Below are positions 19,300-29,405 of a stretch of DNA of 64,000 bases, piece after piece. The DNA lies in assembly GCA_001004885.1 (NCBI GenBank), contig LCRX01000011.1, positions 2,000 to 65,999 on the forward strand. Reading direction: 5' to 3'. The stretch comes from Candidatus Magasanikbacteria bacterium GW2011_GWA2_56_11 (GTDB taxonomy: Bacteria > Patescibacteriota > Patescibacteriia > Magasanikbacterales > UBA922). The translations under genes were made by a program, and so were the position numbers. The notes below the pieces were generated by a model. The model was not told the origin of the DNA. It searched no databases and was given only the letters and a program-made list of their open reading frames with translations. The first letter of the stretch is position 1. Each line of letters starts with the position of its first letter.

Positions 19300-20043
19300 A
19301 TGGAATCAATCCCGGTTAAGCATCATCCCGACATCCGCTGGGTGGCGGCGGCGAGCGCCGTTATTACCGCCTTAGTGGCCGGCGGGATCATTTATTGGAA
19401 CAGCGCCATCGAAGTCCGCAACGAATTGGCGGCGGCGCGGGCCGAGAACGATGAGACGGTAGAAGGTCTGCGGGCGGAAATCGGCGGTTTGCGGCTGATT
19501 GTCGAGGGCATGAAACAAGAATTAACCGCCAAAAACGCCGGCCTCACCGCGCCCGCCGGACCAGTTACGTCTCAGGCGCTGTTTACGAGTAGACACGGTT
19601 TTTCGTTGCGCTATCCCCAGTCGTGGATCGTGGTCGACACGGCTAGCGAAGACTATGCCACCCTGGCCGAGGCGCAAAAGACTCTGGGTAATCACCTGGC
19701 ATTTTTGAGCTTTGTACCCCAATCGGCCCCGGTTGAGGGCGTGCCGGCTCACCAAGCCAAGCTCGAGCTGTGGGTGTACAGTACGCCGCCCCAAAAGGGC
19801 CTGGACGAGTGGATCGGCGCCAATCACGCGGCCAAGGATATACTGTCGGTGGCCGACCTCCAGGTCGGTCCGTTTGCGGGAAAGATGGTCGAGGCTGCGG
19901 CAGAACCAGAGGGCATCCGGGTGATTTATTTTCAGGCGCAAAGTCTTTGGGTGCAGGCAAACGTGTATCCGGAGAACACGGAGCGCCTGGAGGAAGTGAA
20001 GGCAATCCTGGCCGCCTTTGTCCCGGAAGCCGATAACCTTTGA
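19300..20043 (+). CDS. Membrane-anchored protein with coiled coil and PsbP-like domain
   Basis: N-terminal TM, GFSLRYPQSW motif; promoter TTGCGT-17-TATACT upstream. Confidence 0.65.
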   Translation: MESIPVKHHPDIRWVAAASAVITALVAGGIIYWNSAIEVRNELAAARAENDETVEGLRAEIGGLRLIVEGMKQELTAKNAGLTAPAGPVTSQALFTSRHGFSLRYPQSWIVVDTASEDYATLAEAQKTLGNHLAFLSFVPQSAPVEGVPAHQAKLELWVYSTPPQKGLDEWIGANHAAKDILSVADLQVGPFAGKMVEAAAEPEGIRVIYFQAQSLWVQANVYPENTERLEEVKAILAAFVPEADNL

Positions 20044-20048
20044 TTTTT

Positions 20049-20390
20049 ATGACTCTCCTTATCCGCTGGCTCATCAACGCGGTTACGCTTTTGGCTCTGG
20101 CCCGTTATCTGCCCGGCATTGAGGTGAACGGCTGGTACGCGGCTATCGTGGCCGCGCTGGTACTCGGGCTCGTGAACGCGCTTGTCCGCCCTGTCCTGGT
20201 TCTTCTCACGCTGCCGATTACCGTCATTACCCTGGGCCTTTTCACTCTCGTCATCAACGCCGTTTTGTTTTGGTTCGTCGCCAGCTTTGTGGACGGCTTT
20301 TCGGTGGCCGGTTTCTGGCCGGCTTTTTGGGGAGCGCTCGCCATGACTCTTGTCAGCTGGCTCGCGGGCTGGCTCCTTAAGGGCAAATAA
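20049..20390 (+). CDS. Phage-holin-family membrane protein (YvlD-like)
   Basis: LVNALVRP...LTLPI...TLGLFTLVINA. Confidence 0.88.
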   Translation: MTLLIRWLINAVTLLALARYLPGIEVNGWYAAIVAALVLGLVNALVRPVLVLLTLPITVITLGLFTLVINAVLFWFVASFVDGFSVAGFWPAFWGALAMTLVSWLAGWLLKGK

Positions 20391-20391
20391 T

Positions 20392-20529
20392 ATGCGCAAT
20401 TATGCCTCCCGCGCCCACAAAGGGCGCACAGCCTATCGTACGCCGAGCAGCTTCAAAGCGCGGCGTCCGGAGGCAACGAAACGGCAGAAACAAAATCGCG
20501 TGGATTTAAAGCCGCCCTTGGCCAAATAG
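20392..20529 (+). CDS. Small basic protein, 45 aa (MRNYASRAHKGRTAYRTPSSFK...)
   Basis: ATG 1 nt after the holin stop; fills the gap to pyrH; hand-translated. Confidence 0.45.
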   Translation: MRNYASRAHKGRTAYRTPSSFKARRPEATKRQKQNRVDLKPPLAK

Positions 20530-20578
20530 CTGGCGCCCTATGGGGCATTTTTATCAGTCCACGATTTAATTTTAAATT

Positions 20579-21268
20579 ATGCCCAGTATTCCGAAAATTC
20601 TCTCTGTCGGCGGTTCCATCATCATTCCGAAGACCGGCTTTGACATCGCGTTTTTAAAGCGCTTCCGCGCTCTTATCCTAAGCCGAGTAAAAAAAGGCGA
20701 GCGTTTCGTACTGGTAACGGGCGGCGGAGCGACTTGCCGGCAGTACCAGGAAGCGGCGGCGCAGGTGCGGAAACTCACGCCCGACGATCTGGACTGGATG
20801 GGGATTTACACCACTATTTATAACGCCCAGTTTGTCCGGCTTTTGTTTAAAGAATACGCCTATCCGGAAATAATCACGAACCCGCACCGGAAAGTAAACA
20901 CCGCCAAGCCGATTATCATGGCGGCCGGCGAAAAGCCCGGCGCTTCGAGCGACATTGACGCGGTGGAACTGGCCCATACGTATGGAGCCAAGGAAGTCTT
21001 CAACCTTTCTAACGTGGAGTATGTTTATGACCGCGATCCGAATAAGTACCACGATGCAGTCCGGATCGAGGCCATTGATTGGGCCAGTTTCCGCCGGGAT
21101 ATCGTCGGCACGAAATGGGTTCCGGGATTCAACGCGCCTTTTGACCCGACGGCGAGCGCCAAGGCGCAGAAATACGGTTTGAAAGTCTCGATTGTGCGCG
21201 GTACCGATTTGCCGGAAGTGGCCAAGGCTCTGCGGGGCAGGAAATTCCGGGGAACGGTAATCAGCTGA
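20579..21268 (+). CDS. pyrH: UMP kinase, archaeal type
   Basis: LSVGGS, VTGGG, LDWMGI, PGASSD, YDRDP, PFDP motifs. Confidence 0.92.
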   Translation: MPSIPKILSVGGSIIIPKTGFDIAFLKRFRALILSRVKKGERFVLVTGGGATCRQYQEAAAQVRKLTPDDLDWMGIYTTIYNAQFVRLLFKEYAYPEIITNPHRKVNTAKPIIMAAGEKPGASSDIDAVELAHTYGAKEVFNLSNVEYVYDRDPNKYHDAVRIEAIDWASFRRDIVGTKWVPGFNAPFDPTASAKAQKYGLKVSIVRGTDLPEVAKALRGRKFRGTVIS

Positions 21269-21419
21269 TCGGAGCCTCGGCGCCAGGCTGCATTGATGAG
21301 CTAAGCCACCCGCCACGGGTGGCTTAGGTTTGCCTTGCGGGTACCTTCACTGTTCCTGCGTTTGGCGGCTTTGGCGAGCCTTGAAAGCCGGTATGAAATA
21401 GAGTAGTGTAGAGCTACGT

Positions 21420-23264
21420 ATGTCTGATACCCAACTAATAAAAGACAAACTGGATATTGTAGACCTTATCGGCGAGTACGTGCAGCTCAAACCGGCGGGC
21501 GTAAACCACAAAGGGCTCTGTCCGTTTCACCACGAGAAGTCGCCGTCATTTATGGTCAACCGCGAGCGCCAGAGCTGGCACTGTTTCGGCTGCAGCAAAG
21601 GCGGAGATGCTTTTACTTTTGTCGAGGAAATGGAGGGCATGGAGTTTGTCGAGGCGCTTAAGTACCTCGCCAACCGTGCGGGCGTAGCCTTGTCCGCGGC
21701 GGAAAAAAATTCGGTCGAAACCAGTCAGCGCAACCGCCTCAAGGAAATCAACCGCGAGGCAGCCCGCTTTTTCCATAATTTTTTGCTTAAAATGGAGGCG
21801 GCCCGGCCGGCGCGCGAGTACCTGGCGGGGCGCGCTCTTGGGGAAGAGACTCTCGAGGAGTGGCAGATCGGATTTGTGCCGGACCAGTGGGATCTTTTGA
21901 CCAAGTATCTGCTCAAAAAGGGTTACAGCATAGACGACCTCGTGGCCTCCGGCCTTACCATCAAGCGCGATAGCGCCGACCAGGCGAGCGGACGCGGTTT
22001 TTATGACCGCTTCCGCGGCCGTATCATGTTTCCGATTTGGGACATCCACGACTCTGTTGTCGGATTCACCGGCCGCGTGCTGGTGGAAACCGAACATTCG
22101 GGCGGCAAATACGTGAACACGCCGCAGTCGCCGGTCTACGACAAGTCGCGCGTGGTTTTCGGTTTGAACCGCGCGAAGAAAGAAATCAAGGCGAAGAATT
22201 TAATCGTCGTGGTGGAAGGCCAAATGGATGTGATTGCCTGCCACCAGTCGGGAATGAAAAACGTGGTGGCATCGAGCGGAACCGCGCTGACCGCGGACCA
22301 GATAGCCCTGCTCAAGCGCTACGCATCTGCCCTGGCGATTGCTTTCGACGCGGATGCCGCCGGACAGAATGCGGCTAAACGCGGCATTGACCTGGCCCGC
22401 GAGGCTGGACTCTCGGTACGCGTGATCCGTATTCCGCCGGGAGCGGGCAAGGATCCGGACGAGTGCCTGCGCCAGAGTCCGGCAGTCTGGGAGCGCGCGG
22501 TGGCCGAGGCCGAGGATATTATGGCCTGGTATTTGCAGCGCGCTTTGGGCAACAATGTTTTCTCCGATGCGCGATCCAAGCAGCTGGCCGTGAACGAGGT
22601 GATGGCCGAGATCGTCCGCATTCCCTATGCCGTGGAGCGCGATCACTGGCTGAAAGTGCTTTCCGAGCGCACCGGTGAAGAAGTGCAGGTGCTGCGGGAA
22701 AACATGTCCGAGCTCAAAAAAAGTCTCCGCTCTGCGTCGGTCCCTGGCCGTTCCGGTGCGCCCGTCTTGGCGGCGCCCAAGGCTGACTTTCCTAATCGCG
22801 GCCGTTTAGCCTTTTCTTTCGAGCGGCTGCTCGCGTTGGTACTGAAGTTTCCGCCGCTCTTGCCCGGCGCTATCAGCCAACTGTCCGCCTTGCCCGCTCT
22901 CGAAGCGGCCGTGGCTTCTTTGCCCGGGGCTGGACCACTTTACGCCGCGCTCAAAAAAGACTATACTACAAACAATTCTTTTGACATTGATAAACTCCGT
23001 ACGATTCAGACCGAGACAAGCGCGGAGCCGGTGGCCGATGTTCTCCTCATGAAAGCCGATGTGGACTATTTTGGCGTTGGGCAGGCAGAGGCGGCCATAG
23101 AGGCGCGACGCTTGTTGGCGCTTATCCACGATGAATGGTTGCGGGAGCGCCGGCGCGTGCTGCAGGGCCGATTGCGGGAGGCAGAATCAGCCGGAGACAG
23201 CGAACGTGTGGCCGCGCTGTTGCTTGAGTCTCAGGATCTAATGCGTAGCGGCGGGGCCGAGTAG
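21420..23264 (+). CDS. dnaG: DNA primase
   Basis: CPFHHEKSPSF zinc finger, FRGRIMFPI, VEGQMDVI, FDADAAG Toprim. Confidence 0.97.
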   Translation: MSDTQLIKDKLDIVDLIGEYVQLKPAGVNHKGLCPFHHEKSPSFMVNRERQSWHCFGCSKGGDAFTFVEEMEGMEFVEALKYLANRAGVALSAAEKNSVETSQRNRLKEINREAARFFHNFLLKMEAARPAREYLAGRALGEETLEEWQIGFVPDQWDLLTKYLLKKGYSIDDLVASGLTIKRDSADQASGRGFYDRFRGRIMFPIWDIHDSVVGFTGRVLVETEHSGGKYVNTPQSPVYDKSRVVFGLNRAKKEIKAKNLIVVVEGQMDVIACHQSGMKNVVASSGTALTADQIALLKRYASALAIAFDADAAGQNAAKRGIDLAREAGLSVRVIRIPPGAGKDPDECLRQSPAVWERAVAEAEDIMAWYLQRALGNNVFSDARSKQLAVNEVMAEIVRIPYAVERDHWLKVLSERTGEEVQVLRENMSELKKSLRSASVPGRSGAPVLAAPKADFPNRGRLAFSFERLLALVLKFPPLLPGAISQLSALPALEAAVASLPGAGPLYAALKKDYTTNNSFDIDKLRTIQTETSAEPVADVLLMKADVDYFGVGQAEAAIEARRLLALIHDEWLRERRRVLQGRLREAESAGDSERVAALLLESQDLMRSGGAE

Positions 23265-23354
23265 CCCGTGGGACCAAATTGACGGCAGGCAATTGCCCAG
23301 GCGGCAGGACTTTCTTTCCGGCGCCGGCAGTTGTTCGTTGTTAATTTTCAACCA

Positions 23355-24713
23355 ATGGCAAAAAAGACGCGTACAACCAAACACGCCGCGCCGCCCAAAC
23401 GGGCGCATGCGGCCAAAAGGGCAGTATCCAAAGCTGCTAAGCGCACCAAGGCAAAGGAGAAACAGACTCCAGCAAAACGCAACCATACGCGAACCCGGAC
23501 CGCCAAGCAGGGCGTTCGTCCGGTTCGTCTCCCGGAGCGCTGGCACGTCGTTAGGCGTCCGCCCCCGGGCAAGCCAGAGGCGGCCGAAATCAAGCCGCCG
23601 GAAGAGCCGATTATCGCTCCCATCGAGGAGGGGATTAACCGGTTGGTAGCCAAGGGCAGAAACCGCGGGTTTCTGACGGAAAAAGAAATTTTAGGGCTTT
23701 TCCCCCGGCTCGAGCACTACGTGCCTGTTTACGAGCATTTTGTCAACCTCCTCGACAAGAATAGCATCTCGATTGTGGCCGTAGCCGACGGCCTCTTGGG
23801 GATGGAATTGCGGCGGGACGAAATCATCACCGGATTGCAGGGCGAACAGCCGGACGTAGAAGAGGGCTATTTCGATCTAGGCAGCATTTCGCAGGATTCG
23901 ATTCAAATGTACCTGCGTGAAATCGGCAAGGTGCCGCTTTTGACGATGGAAGAAGAAATTGCCCTGGCCAAGCGCAAGGAGCGCGGCGACAAGGACGCGG
24001 AACGCCGCATGATAGAGGCCAATTTGCGTCTGGTAGTGTCTATCGCCAAAAAATTCGTGGGCAAAAGCCTGTCGCTTTTGGACCTGATTCAGGAAGGCAA
24101 CATCGGCCTTTTCCGCGCGGTGAAGAAATTCGATTACCGTAAGGGATATAAGTTTTCCACTTACGCGACTTGGTGGATCCGCCAGGCCATTACGCGCGCC
24201 CTGGCCGACCATTCCCGCACCATCCGCATCCCGGTACACATGGTCGAAACCATCAACCGGCTGCAGCAGGTGGAGAGGCGCTTGTTGCAGGATTTGGGTC
24301 GCGATCCGACGCCCGAAGAGATCGCCGCGGAAATGGGCGAAGAAGTGGACAAGGTCAAACATATAATCAAGATTTCACAGGACACGGTGTCTCTCGAAAC
24401 TTCTGTCGGCGATGACGAGGACGAGGACTCGTCGCTCTCGGATTTTATCGAAGACGTCAAAAACATCAGTCCTTCGCAGGCGGCGGGCGTGGAGCTGCTC
24501 AAGGGCTATATTCAGGACGCTATCGAGGGCCTGTCGCCGCGCGAGCGCAAGATTCTGGAAATGCGTTTTGGACTGGTGGACGGCGTTACCCACACGCTCG
24601 AGGAGGTGGGCAAGGAGTTTGGCGTTACGCGCGAGCGCATCCGCCAGATAGAAGCCAAGGCGCTCGACAAGATCAAGGAGTTCGGCGTGGTAGACAAGCT
24701 CCGCGACTACTAA
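23355..24713 (+). CDS. rpoD: Primary sigma factor RpoD with Lys/Arg/Ala-rich N-terminal tail
   Basis: [39 protein letters not shown]...TRERIRQIE; start placed at MAKK. Confidence 0.95.
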   Translation: MAKKTRTTKHAAPPKRAHAAKRAVSKAAKRTKAKEKQTPAKRNHTRTRTAKQGVRPVRLPERWHVVRRPPPGKPEAAEIKPPEEPIIAPIEEGINRLVAKGRNRGFLTEKEILGLFPRLEHYVPVYEHFVNLLDKNSISIVAVADGLLGMELRRDEIITGLQGEQPDVEEGYFDLGSISQDSIQMYLREIGKVPLLTMEEEIALAKRKERGDKDAERRMIEANLRLVVSIAKKFVGKSLSLLDLIQEGNIGLFRAVKKFDYRKGYKFSTYATWWIRQAITRALADHSRTIRIPVHMVETINRLQQVERRLLQDLGRDPTPEEIAAEMGEEVDKVKHIIKISQDTVSLETSVGDDEDEDSSLSDFIEDVKNISPSQAAGVELLKGYIQDAIEGLSPRERKILEMRFGLVDGVTHTLEEVGKEFGVTRERIRQIEAKALDKIKEFGVVDKLRDY

Positions 24714-24718
24714 GCCTT

Positions 24719-25267
24719 ATGTCCAATCCCTTTCAGAAAGACTTGGCGGAAAATGAAATCGGCCGGCTGGCCGAGGACCAAAAAGCGGCCGTTAAGCGCA
24801 TGTTTAAGGCGCGCCGCCTTACAGGGTGGGGCATCGCGCTCCTTGACGGCCTGTTCGCTCTTCCCGCGGTGGCTTTGGCCCTGCGGGCGGTGGATGCGAT
24901 CAATTTTGCGGTCTTGGGCAGCGCGGCTTTGGCGTTGGTCGCGCTGGCGGCCTACGGAGCGGCCATGGTCTACACTAGCCGGGCAGCCGAGCGCTCGGCG
25001 CTCGCGGCCGAAGTAAAAACAGTGAGCGGCATCCCTCTTAAGTACGATTACACCGTGCCGATCAAGGTGCCCGGACCGTCCAACCTGCCCATTACGCATT
25101 TTCTGCGCCTCAAAAACGGCTGGCTCAAGATAGACGGCGTCTCTTACGGCGTCTTGCCCAGTTCGCTCTACCAGGAGATTTCCGGGGAAAAATCGGCGAC
25201 CTTCTATTACATACCGGCCGGCGGCGTTGGCTTCAAAAAACGGCTCATTGTCAATTTTCTTCCTTGA
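24719..25267 (+). CDS. Hypothetical membrane protein
   Basis: Two hydrophobic segments; starts 5 nt after rpoD. Confidence 0.6.
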   Translation: MSNPFQKDLAENEIGRLAEDQKAAVKRMFKARRLTGWGIALLDGLFALPAVALALRAVDAINFAVLGSAALALVALAAYGAAMVYTSRAAERSALAAEVKTVSGIPLKYDYTVPIKVPGPSNLPITHFLRLKNGWLKIDGVSYGVLPSSLYQEISGEKSATFYYIPAGGVGFKKRLIVNFLP

Positions 25268-25298
25268 GCCGTTCGGATTAGCTTGTGTTGTCCGGCCG

Positions 25299-25880
25299 CT
25301 ACAACAGCCGGCTCGCCACCTCGGGCCAGTTTATTGCCCGGAAAAAAGCGGAGATGTAGTCTGCCCGCCTGATGCCGTAGTCGAGCATGTAAGCGTGCTC
25401 GAAGACGTCCATCACCAAAAGAGGACTCGTGCCGGCCAAGTGCCCGGCGTCGTGTTCGTTTATCCAGATATTGAACAGCCGGCCGCTTCTGGCATCATGG
25501 GCGAGCACCGCCCAGCCGATGCCGCGCATGGCGCCGACGGCCCGGAAGTCTTTTTCCCAGTTTTCGTGCGAGCCAAACTCAGAGGCGATTTTTTGGGCGA
25601 GGGGAGATGACATGTCGAGCGCCGCCGGTTCTTTCGTCATGTTATCGAAGTAGTACTCGTGCAGCCGCATGCCGTTGAATTCCCAGCCAAAGCGGCGGGT
25701 TAATTCCGCGTACTCCGGCGTGTCAGTTTTTCCGGCCTGGAGCATTTCGTCGAGGAGGGAATTAATTTTATTGGCATTCATGACGTATCCTTGGTAGAGG
25801 GTAAAATGATTTTTCAGCATCGTGTCGCTGAAGCCGGGCAGAGGCAACAGCTGGTCGAAGTTTTTTGGTTGGTAGTTCAT
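25299..25880 (-). CDS. Fe/Mn superoxide dismutase family protein
   Basis: HFTLYQGYV, LHEYYF, DVFEHAYMLDY; start placed at MNYQPK. Confidence 0.9.
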   Translation of the reverse strand: MNYQPKNFDQLLPLPGFSDTMLKNHFTLYQGYVMNANKINSLLDEMLQAGKTDTPEYAELTRRFGWEFNGMRLHEYYFDNMTKEPAALDMSSPLAQKIASEFGSHENWEKDFRAVGAMRGIGWAVLAHDARSGRLFNIWINEHDAGHLAGTSPLLVMDVFEHAYMLDYGIRRADYISAFFRAINWPEVASRLL

Positions 25881-25907
25881 ATTTTTTATTATTTTTTGCG
25901 ACGGATT

Positions 25908-26063
25908 GGACTGATAGTGAGTTATCAGCAATTCTCTCCTAAGTTGAGCCGAAACATAGACTGATTTTCGCGGCACCAATGTCTGAGCCTGTAAGAGCGA
26001 GTTTTGGTGCCGCGAAAATCAGTCTATGTTTCGGCGAAAAAGGGGGAAACTTGCTATGAGTTC
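25908..26063. repeat. Long-hairpin intergenic repeat, family A, copy 4
   Basis: 32-bp perfect inverted repeat (25948-25979/26004-26035) around the same 24-nt loop. Confidence 0.95.
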
Positions 26064-26293
26064 ATTCTAAAATTTAGTATATATTGACGAGGCGTAGCCA
26101 GTCAACGGCCGCCGTTGGTCATCGTGATCGCTGTATTGTCCACATTGTCGCTCGAATGTTATTGTGCTACACTAGGACTCATCTCAAAACCCATTCGGGA
26201 GTATGGCAGGCGAAAAATCCTGGGCTGTAGCCAAGCGTGACAGCAGAACCGGGATGACCATTTTTTGTTATTTACTCTAACTTATAGTTGACT

Positions 26294-27181
26294 ATGTCGC
26301 AACCGCACTTGGAACATCGGCCGGAGATGGAGCATCGAGAGCCGTCAGCGCCGAGGCCGGAGAGTCCGGCGCGATCTGTTTTTAGCGTTTTGACGCCTGG
26401 CCAGACGTTTGCCGTCGGGCTTGTGGGCGGCGTTATGGTCCTGTGTACGATAGGTTTTTTTGTCCTGTTGTCCGTACTTTTGAGCGGTTCCGGCAGACTT
26501 AGTCTGGGAAATAGCGCCGACGGTGCTACCCCGGGCACTGTAACTCCGGGTACTGCGGCCCCGTCCGGCGGTTCCGGCCCCAAGCTGGTTGACATTGCCA
26601 AGGATGTCGGTTTGAATGTCGGCAAGTTTACCAAGTGCGTCCAGGACAAAAAGTTCGCCAGCGCCGTGCAGGCGGACGAGGCCGATGCCCAGAAAATCGG
26701 GGCTCAGGGGACTCCATTTTCCGTGGTCATGGGTCCCAAGGGCGACGCCATCGTTATCGAGGGGGCCTACCCCTACCAGACGGTTGAGGCCGCCATTAAA
26801 AAGCTTAAAGGCGAGAAATTCGAGCTTGAGCCGGGTATTCCGGCCCCGCCCGAGCCGACCACTGGCCTGGCTATCCGCGCTGTCGGCGCCGACGAACCGG
26901 TGAAGGGCAATCAGAACGCCAAGATTACTATCGTGGAATATTCCGACTTTGAGTGTCCTTTCTGCAAACGCTATCACGATACCATGGCTCAGATCATCGC
27001 CAAATACGGCAACGAGGTACGCTGGGTCTACCGGCATTTGCCTCTCGACAGCCTGCACCGCAAGGCGCGCACCGAGGCCTTGGCCGCCGAGTGCGCCGGG
27101 GAGCAGGGAAAATTCTGGGAATTTACCGACCAGGTTTTTGCGGTAACACCGTCCAATGACGGCATTGATATCACGATCTAG
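26294..27181 (+). CDS. Membrane-anchored DsbA/BdbD-like thiol-disulfide oxidoreductase with permuted domain order
   Basis: TM, then GTP (cis-Pro) half, then YSDFECPFC half. Confidence 0.88.
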   Translation: MSQPHLEHRPEMEHREPSAPRPESPARSVFSVLTPGQTFAVGLVGGVMVLCTIGFFVLLSVLLSGSGRLSLGNSADGATPGTVTPGTAAPSGGSGPKLVDIAKDVGLNVGKFTKCVQDKKFASAVQADEADAQKIGAQGTPFSVVMGPKGDAIVIEGAYPYQTVEAAIKKLKGEKFELEPGIPAPPEPTTGLAIRAVGADEPVKGNQNAKITIVEYSDFECPFCKRYHDTMAQIIAKYGNEVRWVYRHLPLDSLHRKARTEALAAECAGEQGKFWEFTDQVFAVTPSNDGIDITI

Positions 27182-27191
27182 CCGGCGCCGT

Positions 27192-27773
27192 ATGCCCGAT
27201 AACGAACACCCAAAAGGTCGGGAGCAGGTAGCGCCGGTTCCGGAGCTAACAGCGGCCGAGTTGGACAGTCTGTGTTTTGCCGCCAACCCAGAGGACCTCA
27301 AGATCGCGCGAGATTTGTGCGCGGCAAAAGGAATCCCCGAGGGGAAGCTTAGCGCTCACATTAGGGTGGCAGGCAAGGATGTGTTTATCGACACGACCGC
27401 GGACGGTTTCGGTACTGTGCTTACCGCTGACGCTCTCGATGCCGGGGTAGCGGCGGACGAACCGTGGTTGAATCCTCATGTACGTCGAGCGGTGCGAGAA
27501 CAGGGTAAACAAGACAATTTACCGCCCGCGGACGATGAATTTACCCTGGAACAGGCAAAAACGCCTCAGGTGGGCGGCCGGGTTTTTTATGCGCCGGCCG
27601 GCAGTGAGACAATTTACCAGGGCCTAATCCGCGAGGTGAAGCCCGATTACGGCGATCCCGGAGTTCTGGGAATAAAATTGGAGTTGGTAGATTCGCAGCA
27701 AACCGTCTGGGTTTCCTGGGATAAATGCGTGCCGCTCCAAACAGAAATGCCCTATTTGGCTTCTAAGAAATGA
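27192..27773 (+). CDS. Hypothetical protein
   Basis: Open frame after DsbA, followed by a terminator-like hairpin near 27804-27838. Confidence 0.6.
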   Translation: MPDNEHPKGREQVAPVPELTAAELDSLCFAANPEDLKIARDLCAAKGIPEGKLSAHIRVAGKDVFIDTTADGFGTVLTADALDAGVAADEPWLNPHVRRAVREQGKQDNLPPADDEFTLEQAKTPQVGGRVFYAPAGSETIYQGLIREVKPDYGDPGVLGIKLELVDSQQTVWVSWDKCVPLQTEMPYLASKK

Positions 27774-27836
27774 TTTTATTACCCTGATACGTTTTAGTCC
27801 CAATACCGGCGCCTTTATTCTGAAGGGGGCCGGTTT

Positions 27837-28733
27837 TTATTTCATTAGCAGCGCCAGGCCTTCGAAGCCGCGGCCGAAGAAGTTAGTTTTAAATTCGGAC
27901 AGAAAGTTGTCCATGACGTGCTTGGTTGCCGGGTCTTTTATCTTGGCTGTAAGCACCAGAATGTGCTGGTCGACAAACGCGCTCCGGTAATCGGCTCCGG
28001 CAGACGGGCGGTAGCAGTAGTGTTCCAGGTAAAATTGATGGTCCATCTGGTCCATGATTTTTCCGATCACCGCCTCGTCGCTGTCGCCGTGTTCGAACTC
28101 CTCCCAGAGCGCTTTTAATTCTTCTCGGCCGGTTTCTTCCAGATAACCGCCCAAAAGGTCTATGGCCCGCTCGGCGATGCGGTCCTTGGCTTCGCGGAGG
28201 TCCGGGTACCGGCGGTTTAGCGGACCGGAAATGTCGCCGCCGAAGAGCTCGCCCAGATCGTGTATAAGCGCCATAATAACTAGCCTGGAGACATTTATCT
28301 GCCCTCCGGCGCGTTCGATCTCCCGGGCTATAAAATAGGCCGAGAGCGCGGTGGTGTAGTGGTGTTCGGCCAAAGTCGCCGTCTGGCTGAGCTTAAGGCC
28401 GGCAGTGAGATAACCGGTAAGCGGCTGCTCCTTGGTGAGCTGCAGAAGCGAAAACAGCCGGACGAGATTCGACACGTCGCACTTTATTTCCGGCATATTT
28501 TCCGGCGTTTGTTCCTTAATCTCAGCGAACCGCGGCACCTTTTGTCCGTCCGGCAGCTCGACCTCTTCACTAAACATTTTGAGCGGCCGCACGCACCAGC
28601 GCCACTTGGGGTCTGTGTCATAGAGTGCTTCGTAGAGCACCATGGGCTCTTCGCTCTCGGAGTGGGTGGCGACGCGGTGGAGGCGGTAAAGGCCGCCCCG
28701 GTAGTGGCGGTAAATACCGGGTGTAATATCCAT
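27837..28733 (-). CDS. DUF1653 domain fused to an HD-domain (YfbR-like) hydrolase
   Basis: GIYRHYRG...HSESEE...VRPLKMF, then TLAEHH...LIHDLGELFGGDI. Confidence 0.8.
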   Translation of the reverse strand: MDITPGIYRHYRGGLYRLHRVATHSESEEPMVLYEALYDTDPKWRWCVRPLKMFSEEVELPDGQKVPRFAEIKEQTPENMPEIKCDVSNLVRLFSLLQLTKEQPLTGYLTAGLKLSQTATLAEHHYTTALSAYFIAREIERAGGQINVSRLVIMALIHDLGELFGGDISGPLNRRYPDLREAKDRIAERAIDLLGGYLEETGREELKALWEEFEHGDSDEAVIGKIMDQMDHQFYLEHYCYRPSAGADYRSAFVDQHILVLTAKIKDPATKHVMDNFLSEFKTNFFGRGFEGLALLMK

Positions 28734-28832
28734 AGTTTTGGCAGATAATATTCACTATCCTACTCTAATTGCCGGCACGGCGCAACTGGCCGTTTTTTTT
28801 AAGTAATCGACTTACTGGCCGCAGCAGAAGTA

Positions 28833-28861
28833 TTGACAAGATATTGTTTTGGGCGTACTTT
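28833..28861 (+). promoter_or_regulatory. Sigma70-type promoter TTGACA-17-TACTTT
   Basis: Motif and spacing read directly; lies upstream of the Cys-rich ORF. Confidence 0.6.
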
Positions 28862-28893
28862 CATCTTGTTTCGTACACACAGGGGGACATACC

Positions 28894-29223
28894 ATGGGGA
28901 CATCGTCTTGGCGGGGCATTGTTACGGCCTGCGTGCTGCTTGGCATGGCTCTGGTCATGGTCTTTACCAGGCTGGGCAGAGGCGGTTCGGCAGAGAGTGT
29001 AGATGCTTGTACGCTGGCCTGCGCCCATGTGGCCGCCTGCGGCGGCTGCATCAAAAACCATGACGGCGCGTGCGTGTCCGCCAGCCAGTGCCACCGGAAT
29101 TGCGCCAGCGAGGCAGAACGGCGAGTAGCGATGTGCGTCGCTGGTCTCTCGACTTGCGACCCTGGCGCCATCAGCCGCTGTTTCGAAAGCCTCGAAACAG
29201 AGCCTCTGTCCGGCTCTGACTGA
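28894..29223 (+). CDS. Small exported Cys-rich protein, 109 aa
   Basis: GGGGG Shine-Dalgarno-like site, N-terminal hydrophobic helix, 10 Cys in the mature part. Confidence 0.7.
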   Translation: MGTSSWRGIVTACVLLGMALVMVFTRLGRGGSAESVDACTLACAHVAACGGCIKNHDGACVSASQCHRNCASEAERRVAMCVAGLSTCDPGAISRCFESLETEPLSGSD

Positions 29224-29405
29224 CAACTTCCACCCGGCATCAACTGAGACTCTAACCATTTGGAGTCTAAGAGGAGGCGCGGGTGGTTTTTGTTTCGCAG
29301 GCATCGGTGCCATTCTTAACCAAAAACCACCCTGCCTCCTGCCCGAATCAAGAAGTTTTCTTGGCTCGGGCAGATGGGGTGGTCGGTGGTACAGGCCGGG
29401 CCTGT

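Noticed and set aside
20049-20390. Holin-family gene as evidence of a prophage
   Set aside because: YvlD-like genes are common chromosomal membrane proteins and no phage genes are nearby
23270-23350. Long imperfect hairpin between dnaG and rpoD
   Set aside because: Single copy, and plausibly an ordinary processing or stability hairpin
271-26063. Family A repeats as a CRISPR array or integron attC sites
   Set aside because: Copies are kilobases apart with an invariant loop and no spacers, there are no cas or intI genes, and they flank core genes
26180-26270. Hairpin in the DsbA leader as a riboswitch
   Set aside because: Pairing is present but I could not match it to any aptamer consensus
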